DNA of 32,000 nt, from positions 1,500,001 through 1,532,000 of the forward strand of contig NC_020304.1 in assembly GCF_000341395.1 (NCBI RefSeq), in the 5' to 3' direction. This DNA is from Desulfocapsa sulfexigens DSM 10523. Lineage in GTDB: Bacteria; Desulfobacterota; Desulfobulbia; Desulfobulbales; Desulfocapsaceae. Shown one piece after another: positions 1-8,915 of this stretch. Every line of letters begins with the position of its first letter. Position 1 is the stretch's first letter. The notes beneath the pieces were generated by a model, which saw only the letters and a list, made by a program, of their open reading frames with translations, had not been told where the DNA came from and did no database searches. The position numbers and the translations under genes are program-made.

Positions 1-654
1 ACCACCCGTATTCTGGTGCCAGAACCCGAGCAGAGCCTGGATGTGGTTTTGCTGGCGGAACCGGGATTTGAAAAAAAACTCAAGTGTTCTCTGGATCAAC
101 ATGGCCACGTAACAGTGGCTCAGCATCTATCGCCAGATGGTAAAAAGCTTCAGGGGTTGAGCTGTAACCAGGTTAAAACCGTACTTGAATATCCCTTTGT
201 AGAGCGAATGATTGTTGAGGCTGATGGGGCAAGGCAATTATCGTTTAAGGCTCCGGGTGATAATGAGCCTGTGGTGCCCCAAATTACAGATGTATTTATC
301 AGCGTGGTTGGCCTGGATATCATTGGCAAGTTCTTAGAGGATGTAAACGTCTTTCGTGCCGGGTTGGTATCGTCTCTGACAGGCGTGGAAATGGGTACTG
401 AGATCACTCCTTTGATTGTGGCAAAACTGCTCGTCCATTCTAAGGGGTTGTTAAGGGGATGCCCGGAGAGTGCACGGAGTGTCCTGTTGCTCAATAAAGC
501 GGACATTTCAGGTGGCAGGCAAAAGGCACTTTCAGTGATGGAAGCAGTTGGAAAACTAGAGGGGAAGAAACCGGATTACTGGGTGAGTGGTTCGACGAGA
601 GAGGGTGTATTTAGGGGTAAAGGTGAATCTATTTGCAATCTATGGGAGAGATAA
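1..654 (+). CDS. YqeC-like protein (selenium-dependent hydroxylase accessory protein family), C-terminal part; 5' end lies outside the window
   Basis: Frame 1 is open from base 1. The listed start at 16 is a GTG and is probably internal. Stop TAA at 652-654. The motif pattern VEADGAR..FKAPGDNEPVVP..VVGLD..GK...LLLNKAD matches what I remember of YqeC/TIGR03172-type proteins. Family call is from memory only. Confidence 0.5.
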   Translation, partial: TTRILVPEPEQSLDVVLLAEPGFEKKLKCSLDQHGHVTVAQHLSPDGKKLQGLSCNQVKTVLEYPFVERMIVEADGARQLSFKAPGDNEPVVPQITDVFISVVGLDIIGKFLEDVNVFRAGLVSSLTGVEMGTEITPLIVAKLLVHSKGLLRGCPESARSVLLLNKADISGGRQKALSVMEAVGKLEGKKPDYWVSGSTREGVFRGKGESICNLWER

Positions 655-655
655 A

Positions 656-1219
656 ATGATTCAACAACTAGCGAAAAATCAGAATTGGGCAAAAATAACC
701 CCTGTTTTTGGAGTACTTTCTACGATTTGGTTATTGTGGTTTTTTAAACCAACCGATGTGCTGTTCTGGGCATATGTTAACATCCCTCTTTACTTTTTTC
801 ATCAGACGGAGGAACATTTCTGGCCTGGCGGGTTCAAGAATTATATTAATCGTGTCATTAACAAGCTGCCAGAAGGTCAAGAAACACTTACCGACATCAA
901 GATTTTCTGGGTAAATATCTTATTAGTATGGTTCGCCTTCAGTTTTTTTGGAGTTCTCTCACTTGTAAATATAGGATTTGGTCTGTTGATTATTGTTTTT
1001 AGTATTCTAAATTGCCTGACGCACATTTTTCAGGGTATAAGTCACAAACAATGGAATCCTGGGCTGGTAATGGCCAGCCTCCAATTTTTAATTTCAATCT
1101 ATGCCGCTTACTTTGTAACAGTAAACGGATTATCTGATCCTGTCATTTGGTGGATCGCCACTGTAGTTTTTTCAGTGTTCGTCCATGGTATGTTATTCAG
1201 GTTTGTGTTGAAAAAATGA
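656..1219 (+). CDS. HXXEE-domain integral membrane protein
   Basis: ATG at 656 lies 1 nt after the upstream stop. The track start at 587 would overlap the previous gene by 68 nt. It has a literal H-Q-T-E-E motif (FFHQTEEHFWP) and several hydrophobic helices. Confidence 0.65.
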   Translation: MIQQLAKNQNWAKITPVFGVLSTIWLLWFFKPTDVLFWAYVNIPLYFFHQTEEHFWPGGFKNYINRVINKLPEGQETLTDIKIFWVNILLVWFAFSFFGVLSLVNIGFGLLIIVFSILNCLTHIFQGISHKQWNPGLVMASLQFLISIYAAYFVTVNGLSDPVIWWIATVVFSVFVHGMLFRFVLKK

Positions 1220-1353
1220 CCGTGAATATCCGGGTGAACAATGCGCGGATAACCAGTACAACCGAGGACATCTATGATAAGTAAAGTCAAGTGGAAAACG
1301 GAGATTTCCTGTGTCCCAGCCTACCTGGTCTGGTTATTTCCAGCACAGAGTTC

Positions 1354-1415
1354 GGTGGAATAGGCCCTGCGACGGAGAACCCGTGAATATTCGTAGTCAC
1401 AGGGCCTATTCCACC
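1354..1415. repeat. Perfect 16-bp inverted repeat (GGTGGAATAGGCCCTG / CAGGGCCTATTCCACC) separated by 30 nt
   Basis: Read directly: arms at 1354-1369 and 1400-1415. It lies between the HXXEE gene and the 3' side of the IS110 transposase gene. Confidence 0.8.
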
Positions 1416-1671
1416 GGACGGGCATTGTGAAAAAACTGTCTTTTTCGTTACGTTTTGCCGCTTTGTTTTTTTCTACTATCCCTTGGGTCAACAAATGGCT
1501 TGTGACCAGACATCTATTTACAGTATCAGGCTGTTCGCCGTCACAGAAGATTGAGTTTGGATCAAAACCCGCTGACCTTTAAACACAATATCGGTGCATC
1601 ACCCTCAAGCTCGCACAGTCCCCAGAACGAAAGGATCAGCAGGAAAACCAAGCCGCAAAATCACAATTCAT

Positions 1672-2706
1672 TTAAGCTGCTTTGTCCAGTACCTCCTTTG
1701 GAGTAAATTTCTTTTGGCTTTTATCAACCGCCAGCATGTATGCCACCAGTTTCCGTGCAACGGCAAGAGTCGCTCTGTTGCGGTTGCCTTTTTTTAGCTC
1801 TCGTTCATGCACTTCAGCTAATTGAGGGTTCCAGTGCGGCGCCAGTTTGGCAGCCTCAATCAGTACGGTCTGTAAATGTTTATTCCGTTTCTTGGATAGC
1901 GGTCCTCGAATCTCTTTCCCTGCTGATTCTTTCTGTGCGCTACATAGTCCACAGTAACTGACCGCCTGGTTGATACGGCCAAATCGATAAACATCTCCGA
2001 TTTCAAGCACCCAGGTAAGAGCTGTTACCTCACCAATACCCCGGATACTCCTTAATAACTCAACTCGTTGACTGATCTGCGGATTATTGCCAAGTGCACT
2101 GATAAGTGATTTCTGCATTCTGTCAAAGAATTCCATGCTGCTTCGGCTCATCTGTAGAAGGTTGAGTACCGATTCGGGTACATATTCCAGGGTACTGAGC
2201 AGTTCCTGAAAATATTTACTCCCGTGAAGGCGTCGTTTGTTATACTCCGCTCCCACTTCCATCAAAAGGGTGGCAGTCTTGGTCTTCATCTTTGCCGCTT
2301 CTCTGACTAAAAGGTTCCGGTAACGGAGAATGCGACGTAGGTTGCGATGTTCCTCCGGGGCCATGTAGCATTCAGGGAGGAGGTTGCAGCGAAGCAAATC
2401 TGCGATCTTCTCCGCATCGGCCGCGTCATTTTTTTTCTTGGCGGCTGTTATTGCCTTGAGCATCTCAGGGTGAGCAACTTTTAGTTCCTGGGCATATGGT
2501 AGCAGGTAATCGTATATCCACCCGGTAAACAGAGTGGCTTCCATTGCACCAACCCAAGAGGTTTCTCGTTTTGCAACCCAATCAGTTAAACTGTCTCGCG
2601 TGGCTCGAATCATTCCTTGATCCACAGTAGTTCCATCAATCCGCTTTTCACAGAAACTGATAACCTTTTTGTGGATGTCAAATCCAATATAATGCATACT
2701 GTTCAT
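1672..2706 (-). CDS. IS110-family transposase/recombinase (DEDD-type)
   Basis: 344 aa. The N-terminus MHYIGFDIHKK has the first catalytic Asp context typical of IS110/IS1111 DEDD transposases. The C-terminal part (IPGIG-like SIRGIGEVTALTWV, YCGLCSAQKESAGK, LSKKRNKHLQTVLIEAA) is typical of the Transposase_20 domain. Strong SD AAGGAGG lies 6 nt upstream of the ATG. Confidence 0.9.
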   Translation of the reverse strand: MNSMHYIGFDIHKKVISFCEKRIDGTTVDQGMIRATRDSLTDWVAKRETSWVGAMEATLFTGWIYDYLLPYAQELKVAHPEMLKAITAAKKKNDAADAEKIADLLRCNLLPECYMAPEEHRNLRRILRYRNLLVREAAKMKTKTATLLMEVGAEYNKRRLHGSKYFQELLSTLEYVPESVLNLLQMSRSSMEFFDRMQKSLISALGNNPQISQRVELLRSIRGIGEVTALTWVLEIGDVYRFGRINQAVSYCGLCSAQKESAGKEIRGPLSKKRNKHLQTVLIEAAKLAPHWNPQLAEVHERELKKGNRNRATLAVARKLVAYMLAVDKSQKKFTPKEVLDKAA

Positions 2707-2707
2707 A

Positions 2708-2792
2708 AGAGACCTCCTTGTGGCTAATGATTCTGTGCGGCTTTATGCTGTCACGGTCAGCTCCTAAGCTAATTCTACCACAGGAGGTCTCT
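2708..2792 (-). promoter_or_regulatory. Hairpin that sequesters the transposase Shine-Dalgarno sequence, possibly part of a bridge-RNA-like structured leader
   Basis: On the plus strand, AGAGACCTCCTTGTGG (2708-2723) pairs with CCACAGGAGGTCTCT (2778-2792), giving 15 bp with one bulged T. On the minus-strand RNA, the arm next to the ATG contains the SD AAGGAGG. Confidence 0.55.
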
Positions 2793-3088
2793 TCTTGTTT
2801 TCTTCTTTCTGCTTATGCATTCAAACACAATACCATTTTACACACTATAATTGCTGCGTATATGGCTTTTCGCCGTAACCTTCTCATTTAGCACTACAGG
2901 TCAAATGTTTTTCCTTTAATAACTCCTGATTTTCTGATAAGCCATCAAGTAAGTACACAATAAAGAAGGTGCGTCTTCTCCTACTCCTGACAGGAACTTT
3001 TTCCTGTCGGATGATGGCTCGCTCTATTTTGCATTACGTAGTAATCGCCTGGTCTTTCTTTTTAACATATCTCAGTTGCAGGAAAAAT

Positions 3089-5299
3089 ATGTGTGCTAAG
3101 CGCCTCAGCGAAATTATGACTCCGGGGGTTGTTGGAGTTTCACCGGACACACCTGTCTTCACCGCCCTCGAACTTCTGCGCAATAAAAACATCAGCTGTA
3201 TTCTGGTGCTGGAAGACAATGAACCAGTGGGTATTTTCACGGAGCGCAAAGTGGTTCAGCTTGCAGCAGAGAAGGGACTGCAGCTTGACAGCTATGCAAT
3301 CAGTGACATCATGACCTCCCCTGTGCTGACCGCCAGCCGGGATATGGACATCTATTCGGCGTACAACATTCTCTCCACCCATAAAATCAGACATCTGGTA
3401 GTTGTTGACGAGAACAACAAACTCTGCGGCGTGGCGACCCAGTCGAACATAGTGGATCACCTCGGTTATGAATATTTTATTGAATTTAAGAAAATCTTTC
3501 AGGTTATGACCACGAACCTGTTCACTGTCTCCAGGGGCTATTCAGTGGAACAGACCCTCCAGGAAATGGCCAAAACGTCCACAAGTTGCCTATTGGTGGC
3601 GGAAAATGAGCGTCCCGTTGGCATTGTCACTGAACGAGACATGACCCGTCTGCTCATCAACGGTACCGATCTTAAAGGGCTGAATGTGGAAGACATCATG
3701 AGTCACCCGGTCCATACCGCCCATTTGACTCTGCCCCTGCTGGATGCCGCCAGGATCATGAAGGAGACCCGGATTCGACGGATCGTAGTGGTGGATGCGG
3801 ATGGGAAAATAGCCGGTTTGACAACCCAATCCGATATCATCAAGGGGCTTCACGGCCTATCCCTCCAGAATCTCAAACAGCTGGTAGTGGAAAAAGACCG
3901 GGAGTTGGAGCAAACAAGTAGAAAACTGGCAGAAAAAACCGTTTATCTCGACAACATCCTTCATTCCTCCGTAGATTTGGGAATGGTTGCCGCTGATTTG
4001 AATTATCATATCGTCTATTTTAACCCGGCAGCAGAAAAGATCCTGGATATTGCAGCCATTGAGGTGATTGGCCGTGATATTCGGACAATTCATAAAAAAA
4101 ATGAGGTTTTGGCTCCGCGTTTTGATAAACTTGTCGAGATGATTCAAAATAAAAAACGGCACGAGTTTACCTTTATTAAGGAGAAGGAAGCGATTCCCTG
4201 TTTTGTTAAGGCTCTAGTCACTGGGATATGGGATCCAGATCAAAGCCTTATCGGCTTTGTCCTTATGCTCCAGGACGTCACCGAACGCACTCTTGCCGAG
4301 AGGAAAATCAAGCGTCAGAAGTCGGATCTGGAGGTAATGAATGCTGAGCTGTCAGCTCTGTACGCGGTTTCTTCCAAGATAAGTCAGACACTGGAAATGG
4401 AGGTATTGCTCGATGAAGTTCTGGCTGTGATTACCAATATTGAGATTTTCAACTTTGAGCAGCAGGGAGGAATCTTTGTCGTTGATGGAGACAAGGTGCA
4501 GCTCGTTTCCCATATCGGGCTGGAGGAAAGCTGTCTTGGTTATCAAAATTCAAGGGGAATTAACGATTGTCCATGTGGCAGGGCTATCAGGAGTGGAGAA
4601 ACGCTTATTCTTGACAGTACGGAATTTGAAAAGACCGGGCTGACAGAAAAGAAATCCCATGGGGCCGTTATCGTTCCCATCAAAGCACAGGATAAGGTGA
4701 TCGGGGGACTCTGCCTCTTTACTCCTCCTGATTTTGCAGGCCTTGATGATGATAAGATCGTTTTACTCTCAACCATTGGCAACCAGATTGGAATTGCCAT
4801 GGAAAATGCCAGGCTCTATGAGCAGACGCGGTTTCTGTCCCTCTACGATCCCCTCACCAACGTGGCTAACAGACGCTTAATGACTAAGGGGCTTGAAAAA
4901 TATTTCTCCCTGGCCAAACGGTATAAGAAAATCTTCTCCATTATCATGCTGGATATTGATAATTTTAAGAAATATAATGACACCCATGGGCACAGTGCCG
5001 GGGACAAGATGCTTGTCAGGGTTGCCACGGTGCTGCTTGACGATATCCGCAATGCCGATGTTGTTGCCAGGTATGGCGGAGAGGAGTTCCTCATCATGCT
5101 TCCCGAAGCCACCCTGGAGACTGCTTTGCTCACAGCTGAAAGGATTCGGCAGAAAATTACCCACGAAACCGGCACCACCATAAGCCTTGGCGTTGCCACC
5201 TACGACTCAAGTATGACTAAAAATGAGCAACTGATAAACAAGGCGGACGAGGCCCTGTACCGTGCCAAGAAACGTGGTAAAAATCGGGTCGAATATTAA
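3089..5299 (+). CDS. Diguanylate cyclase with four CBS domains, PAS, GAF and GGDEF domains
   Basis: There are four CBS-like repeats (IMTPGVVGVSPD..., IMTSPVLTASRD..., VMTTNLFTVSRG..., IMSHPVHTAHLT...). These are followed by a PAS-like segment, a GAF-like segment and a C-terminal GGDEF domain with active site RYGGEEFLIML. An RxxD I-site (RNAD) lies 5 residues upstream of the active site. I prefer the ATG at 3089 (GGA about 6 nt upstream) over the track GTG at 2969, which abuts its putative SD and adds a non-conserved-looking 40 aa. Confidence 0.85.
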   Translation: MCAKRLSEIMTPGVVGVSPDTPVFTALELLRNKNISCILVLEDNEPVGIFTERKVVQLAAEKGLQLDSYAISDIMTSPVLTASRDMDIYSAYNILSTHKIRHLVVVDENNKLCGVATQSNIVDHLGYEYFIEFKKIFQVMTTNLFTVSRGYSVEQTLQEMAKTSTSCLLVAENERPVGIVTERDMTRLLINGTDLKGLNVEDIMSHPVHTAHLTLPLLDAARIMKETRIRRIVVVDADGKIAGLTTQSDIIKGLHGLSLQNLKQLVVEKDRELEQTSRKLAEKTVYLDNILHSSVDLGMVAADLNYHIVYFNPAAEKILDIAAIEVIGRDIRTIHKKNEVLAPRFDKLVEMIQNKKRHEFTFIKEKEAIPCFVKALVTGIWDPDQSLIGFVLMLQDVTERTLAERKIKRQKSDLEVMNAELSALYAVSSKISQTLEMEVLLDEVLAVITNIEIFNFEQQGGIFVVDGDKVQLVSHIGLEESCLGYQNSRGINDCPCGRAIRSGETLILDSTEFEKTGLTEKKSHGAVIVPIKAQDKVIGGLCLFTPPDFAGLDDDKIVLLSTIGNQIGIAMENARLYEQTRFLSLYDPLTNVANRRLMTKGLEKYFSLAKRYKKIFSIIMLDIDNFKKYNDTHGHSAGDKMLVRVATVLLDDIRNADVVARYGGEEFLIMLPEATLETALLTAERIRQKITHETGTTISLGVATYDSSMTKNEQLINKADEALYRAKKRGKNRVEY

Positions 5300-5778
5300 C
5301 GTGTTTCCCTGAGTCGTTTACACTGGTTCTTTGAGGTGAAAGAATGATACGGCCTGTGTCTAATTCGTATCCATTAGGCAGGAATACTGTCGTTGTTAGT
5401 CTCGCTTCTCAATTAAAAAATCATCATATATTAAAATCATATCTTGCTTAAAGAGCATAAATTCATTAATTATTTGCAGGATGTTGTTTTGTTTTTTTTT
5501 GAAGTATTTTGTAAAGGTACTTACTCCCCTTGGGGGGCGAACACTTTATAAACAAACAGCCTGCAGCGCAGATTTATGACAAAAAACAGCATATCTACTG
5601 CACCTCATTTTTTTTCAAAATATCAACCAAAAGCGAGTCGATGTGGTAGCATCTGCTTCGTCTCTGAGCTAACGACCATAGCCAACTCTCGGTTGTTAGC
5701 TCGTCCCTCGTATACGCAATCACCCCAACTCGTAAGAAATACGGGTTAAATCATTCACAAACCATTGGAGATCAGAAA

Positions 5779-7452
5779 ATGCAGAGTTTCAGGCAACCCA
5801 CGTTTTTTTTAATACTGTCCGCTGTTGTTTTGTTTTTCTATCCGTTCTATGCAATGGCAACTGATGCTAAAACTCTTGCCAGCCAGATCGACAAGGATTT
5901 ACGACAGGCAGAACGATTGATGTTCAACGGTAAAAAGACGGAGTCGGATGCATTACTGCAGCAGGTCAATGAAATGCTGGAACAACTGAAAGCTGTTGAT
6001 TCATCTTCAAAGGTAACAAGCCTGGAAAACAAATATAGCAGGACCCGAAAGGCGCTTGATAAAAAGATGGGTGGAGGAACAACAGCTCCAGCCATATCTG
6101 TTGCACCGAAGATGAGTGCGCCTGCTGTACCGGCAGTCAAGGGCGTTTCGCCATCTGGATCATCGCGTAAAGGTGGATATCAACAGCAAATGATGGAAAG
6201 AAACATCAAAAAAGCAGTTAAAGATGTTGATTACGAGATTGGTCGAGCAAGGGAAATGATGGAGCCGGACAATACGAACAGCAAATTTGGTATGGGTGCC
6301 GACGAAAAGGCAGCTAAAGGCGCAGACTACCTTGCCAAAGCAGAACAACATCTTGCAAAGACAGAACAGAAATATCCTGATTTATCACCCGAAAGTAAAG
6401 AGCAGTTTGCAGTAGCCAGAAAAAGTATTGCAGAGACTCAGGCGGCTCTGGATAGCTGGCAGAAAGAAGAACAGATAAAAACGGACAGCGCCGCCAGAGA
6501 AGCTGCGGTTACTGCAAATGCTGCGGCAGGCAAAATGGCAAAGATGAAAGATGATGCCGACTTGATTGTAGCGTTACATGAAAAATATTTTAATGCCTTT
6601 GAAAATATTCATGGTGGAACCCTTGTCCACGGTATGAAGATTGAGGAAGCTGATCAGGCTTTGGCGCTGGTGGCAAATGCAGAGAAAAGCATACCTTTGT
6701 TTGCCACGGATGTTGGTCGTCTCGCCCAGAGTTATGGTGAGACCTCCATGGATATTTACAACAAATTTCACGAAGGTGGCTACACCCTCAACAATGGTGA
6801 AGATCAGAAGATGAGCCAGTTGATTGAGGCGGTGGATAAACTGAAAAAAAGCAGGCAGGCATCGGCAGTTACCTTGGCTGGAAACGCAAAGGCACTATTG
6901 GGTGCATTTAATAATCAGTTGAATGATGCCAGGCTTCAGCGGATGGCTGAAGCTAAGAAACTTTTACTGGCTGGGCAACAGTTTGATCCGGAGAATGATC
7001 AGATTAAACAGATGCTGAATGATATTGACAGCCAGATGGAGCAGGTAGCCGATAAGATGACTGCCCAGATAGATGCGGCTAAATGGGCGGGAAATATCTC
7101 TGGATTTGCTGGGCCCGGTGATGTGACTGAGCTGGCGGCCGAAGCTAAGAAATATTTTGAGAATGACCGGGACTGGGGAGGCAAAAAAGATCGGGACATA
7201 AAAATTCTTGATGTTTGTATCCGTGGTCCCTGGAAGGTTGCGGAGACAGATGTGTTTGGACGGGTAATCAGCTGGCGACTGCCGATTCATGTCGCTGTTA
7301 CCGATGAAAAGCTGAAGCCACGAAACCTTGCCAGAGTATATGATTTATCCATTCTGGCCATGGAAGGACCTGCTGACAACGCACCTAAAAAACCACCATA
7401 TGATGGATTCTGGGTTGGAGATAGCTGGATGATGCGTCTGGATAAATTTTAA
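5779..7452 (+). CDS. Secreted protein of unknown function (signal peptide, long alpha-helical/coiled-coil-like region)
   Basis: 557 aa. SD GGAGA lies upstream. The hydrophobic N-terminus FFLILSAVVLFFYPFYAMA is followed by a charged, Ala/Lys/Glu/Gln-rich sequence. No family recognised. Confidence 0.7.
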   Translation: MQSFRQPTFFLILSAVVLFFYPFYAMATDAKTLASQIDKDLRQAERLMFNGKKTESDALLQQVNEMLEQLKAVDSSSKVTSLENKYSRTRKALDKKMGGGTTAPAISVAPKMSAPAVPAVKGVSPSGSSRKGGYQQQMMERNIKKAVKDVDYEIGRAREMMEPDNTNSKFGMGADEKAAKGADYLAKAEQHLAKTEQKYPDLSPESKEQFAVARKSIAETQAALDSWQKEEQIKTDSAAREAAVTANAAAGKMAKMKDDADLIVALHEKYFNAFENIHGGTLVHGMKIEEADQALALVANAEKSIPLFATDVGRLAQSYGETSMDIYNKFHEGGYTLNNGEDQKMSQLIEAVDKLKKSRQASAVTLAGNAKALLGAFNNQLNDARLQRMAEAKKLLLAGQQFDPENDQIKQMLNDIDSQMEQVADKMTAQIDAAKWAGNISGFAGPGDVTELAAEAKKYFENDRDWGGKKDRDIKILDVCIRGPWKVAETDVFGRVISWRLPIHVAVTDEKLKPRNLARVYDLSILAMEGPADNAPKKPPYDGFWVGDSWMMRLDKF

Positions 7453-7465
7453 TTACATGAATGAA

Positions 7466-7643
7466 CCTGATTACCATCGAAACTCAGCTTTGCAACCCGG
7501 AGTTGTTCCGTGTCGATTATATGGGACGCCATAAACCCATCCCTGGGGGCTCTGCTGCGGCCGTCCAGGCCGCAGATGCCCATATAATCAACACGAAAAA
7601 ACTCCTCATCAGGCGGGTAGGCTGAGGATTAGTGCTAATCAGG
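7466..7643 (+). mobile_element. MITE copy 1 (178 bp)
   Basis: Terminal inverted repeats are CCTGATTACCA ... (A)GTGCTAATCAGG. Flanking 8-mers are TGAATGAA (7458-7465) and TAAATGAA (7644-7651), matching at 7 of 8. It is about 95% identical to copy 2 and about 90% to copy 3, by eye. Confidence 0.85.
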
Positions 7644-7722
7644 TAAATGAATAGAGCAGGGGAATTTGTCGGATATAATTGATGCTCTTGCTTCGGAAAA
7701 CTGTGAAAAGGAGGAGGGAGTG

Positions 7723-8820
7723 ATGCGGAAGGATACGCGGAATTGCTGCATCTTTATGTGGGTTGTGTTTTTGGCTCTTTGTTGTTCTCCGGCATGGGGC
7801 TTTGATTTTGGCAAGATAGTGGATGGGGTGAGCAACGTTGTCGACAGTGCTCAGAAAGAAGTAAAAAAAGTCGTGAATTCGGAGAGTGAAAAAACATCCG
7901 GGGAAAAGTCATCACAATCGCAGTCCCAGCAGAGTAGTGCTCCCGATGCCGTGGTACAAAAATCCGGTACTGTAGGAAAGGCAGATCAGCCATTGGGAGA
8001 ATCGCTTTCTGTTTTTTCCACATCTCCCATTGATGTGAATGCTCCAGGAAACAGTGTTAGCAGTTTCAATGCAGGTGATCATATATACGGCCTGCTGCGT
8101 TCAAAGAAAAGCTGGAAACAGCAGGTGGGTGGCAGTAATTATCTGATCGTCTGGTTTTATCTTGACGGGGAGCAAAAGAGCTATAAGTCAGTTGGTTTGC
8201 AGAGGGCTGAGTTGTTAAATCAGGATTATTTTGTGTTGGATATCGCTCCTGATCCTGCGCGGATGACCAACTACAGTGATCCGGATGTTATCTTCCCTGA
8301 GGTAAAAGGAGACAAGTTTGGTCCTGAACTCTTCAGCCGTTATCTTGGTGAACTCAGTCCGGGCAAGCATACGGTGAGGATAGAGGTGAAGGCCTATAAT
8401 AAAGTGTATGCCTCTGGCTCATTTACGGTGGAGGGAAATGATTTTTCTTCTTATACCGCATTGTATAATTCTATTAAAAATAAGGCAGGGCAGATGGTGA
8501 CCATGCCGAAGGAGGGGTTGAGTAATCCGACCCTTGCAGCCGAGTTGGAAGGCATTTTGCAGCAGCACGGCTGGCCCCAGATCCAGAGATTAGTTATAGT
8601 TGATAAGGATTGGTGGATTGACAGAGTAGACGGGGGAGACACTGCGGTTAAATCAAGGCATATTGCAGCAGCGGCAGCCGCCCGTGGAACTGATGGGAAA
8701 CTCTTTTTCCAGGTGTTGACTTTTGAGCAGCCTATGCTGCTCAGTGGTGATTGGGGAAAACTGGATCTTAGTCATTCTGGTGAAAAAAAACCATTGCCAG
8801 AAGAAAACCTCAATAAATAA
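7723..8820 (+). CDS. Secreted protein of unknown function (signal peptide, Ser/Gln-rich linker)
   Basis: I prefer the ATG at 7723, preceded by AAGGAGGAGGGAG. This gives MRKDTRNCCIFMWVVFLALCCSPAWG as a signal peptide. The track start at 7666 lies next to the MITE. No family recognised. Confidence 0.7.
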   Translation: MRKDTRNCCIFMWVVFLALCCSPAWGFDFGKIVDGVSNVVDSAQKEVKKVVNSESEKTSGEKSSQSQSQQSSAPDAVVQKSGTVGKADQPLGESLSVFSTSPIDVNAPGNSVSSFNAGDHIYGLLRSKKSWKQQVGGSNYLIVWFYLDGEQKSYKSVGLQRAELLNQDYFVLDIAPDPARMTNYSDPDVIFPEVKGDKFGPELFSRYLGELSPGKHTVRIEVKAYNKVYASGSFTVEGNDFSSYTALYNSIKNKAGQMVTMPKEGLSNPTLAAELEGILQQHGWPQIQRLVIVDKDWWIDRVDGGDTAVKSRHIAAAAAARGTDGKLFFQVLTFEQPMLLSGDWGKLDLSHSGEKKPLPEENLNK

Positions 8821-8859
8821 GAGATTCGCCTAGTTGAAAAACTCAAAATGCGGCAGAGT

Positions 8860-8888
8860 TACCCCGCTTCCAAGATGGTGGCGGGGTA
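8860..8888. terminator. Hairpin between convergent genes (possible terminator)
   Basis: TACCCCGC (8860-8867) pairs with GCGGGGTA (8881-8888) around a 13-nt loop. U-tracts are weak on both strands. Confidence 0.35.
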
Positions 8889-8915
8889 GCGTGTGATGTT
8901 TGTAACGGATCGCCC

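Larger units (their letters stand above)
1430..2965 (-). mobile_element. IS110-family insertion sequence (boundaries approximate)
   Basis: A single transposase ORF with about 260 nt of non-coding sequence 5' and about 240 nt 3' of it. It is wedged between the HXXEE gene and the diguanylate cyclase gene. IS110 elements lack classical terminal repeats and there is no second copy in the window, so the ends cannot be fixed. Confidence 0.55.

Noticed and set aside
587-655. Upstream start (587) for the HXXEE protein
   Set aside because: It would overlap the YqeC-like gene by 68 nt in another frame. The ATG at 656, directly after the upstream stop, gives a sensible N-terminus.
1220-1390. 10-bp direct repeat CCGTGAATAT at 1220-1229 and 1381-1390 as a possible target-site duplication
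   Set aside because: The two copies are only 161 bp apart and do not flank the IS110 element or any other recognisable unit. This is most likely chance or local slippage.
2969-3088. GTG 2969 as the start of the diguanylate cyclase
   Set aside because: The GTG touches its only SD-like sequence, and the extra 40 residues are hydrophobic and Cys-rich with no domain. It remains possible, since the extension could be a membrane anchor, so the start is flagged as uncertain rather than excluded.
5300-5778. Riboswitch (such as c-di-GMP) or small RNA gene in the 480-bp AT-rich region upstream of the 557-aa secreted protein
   Set aside because: I found only generic hairpins (CCCC-UUGG-GGGG at about 5527-5538, and a 12-bp stem at 5666-5702). 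I could not match any conserved riboswitch core, tRNA, tmRNA, 6S or RNase P features.
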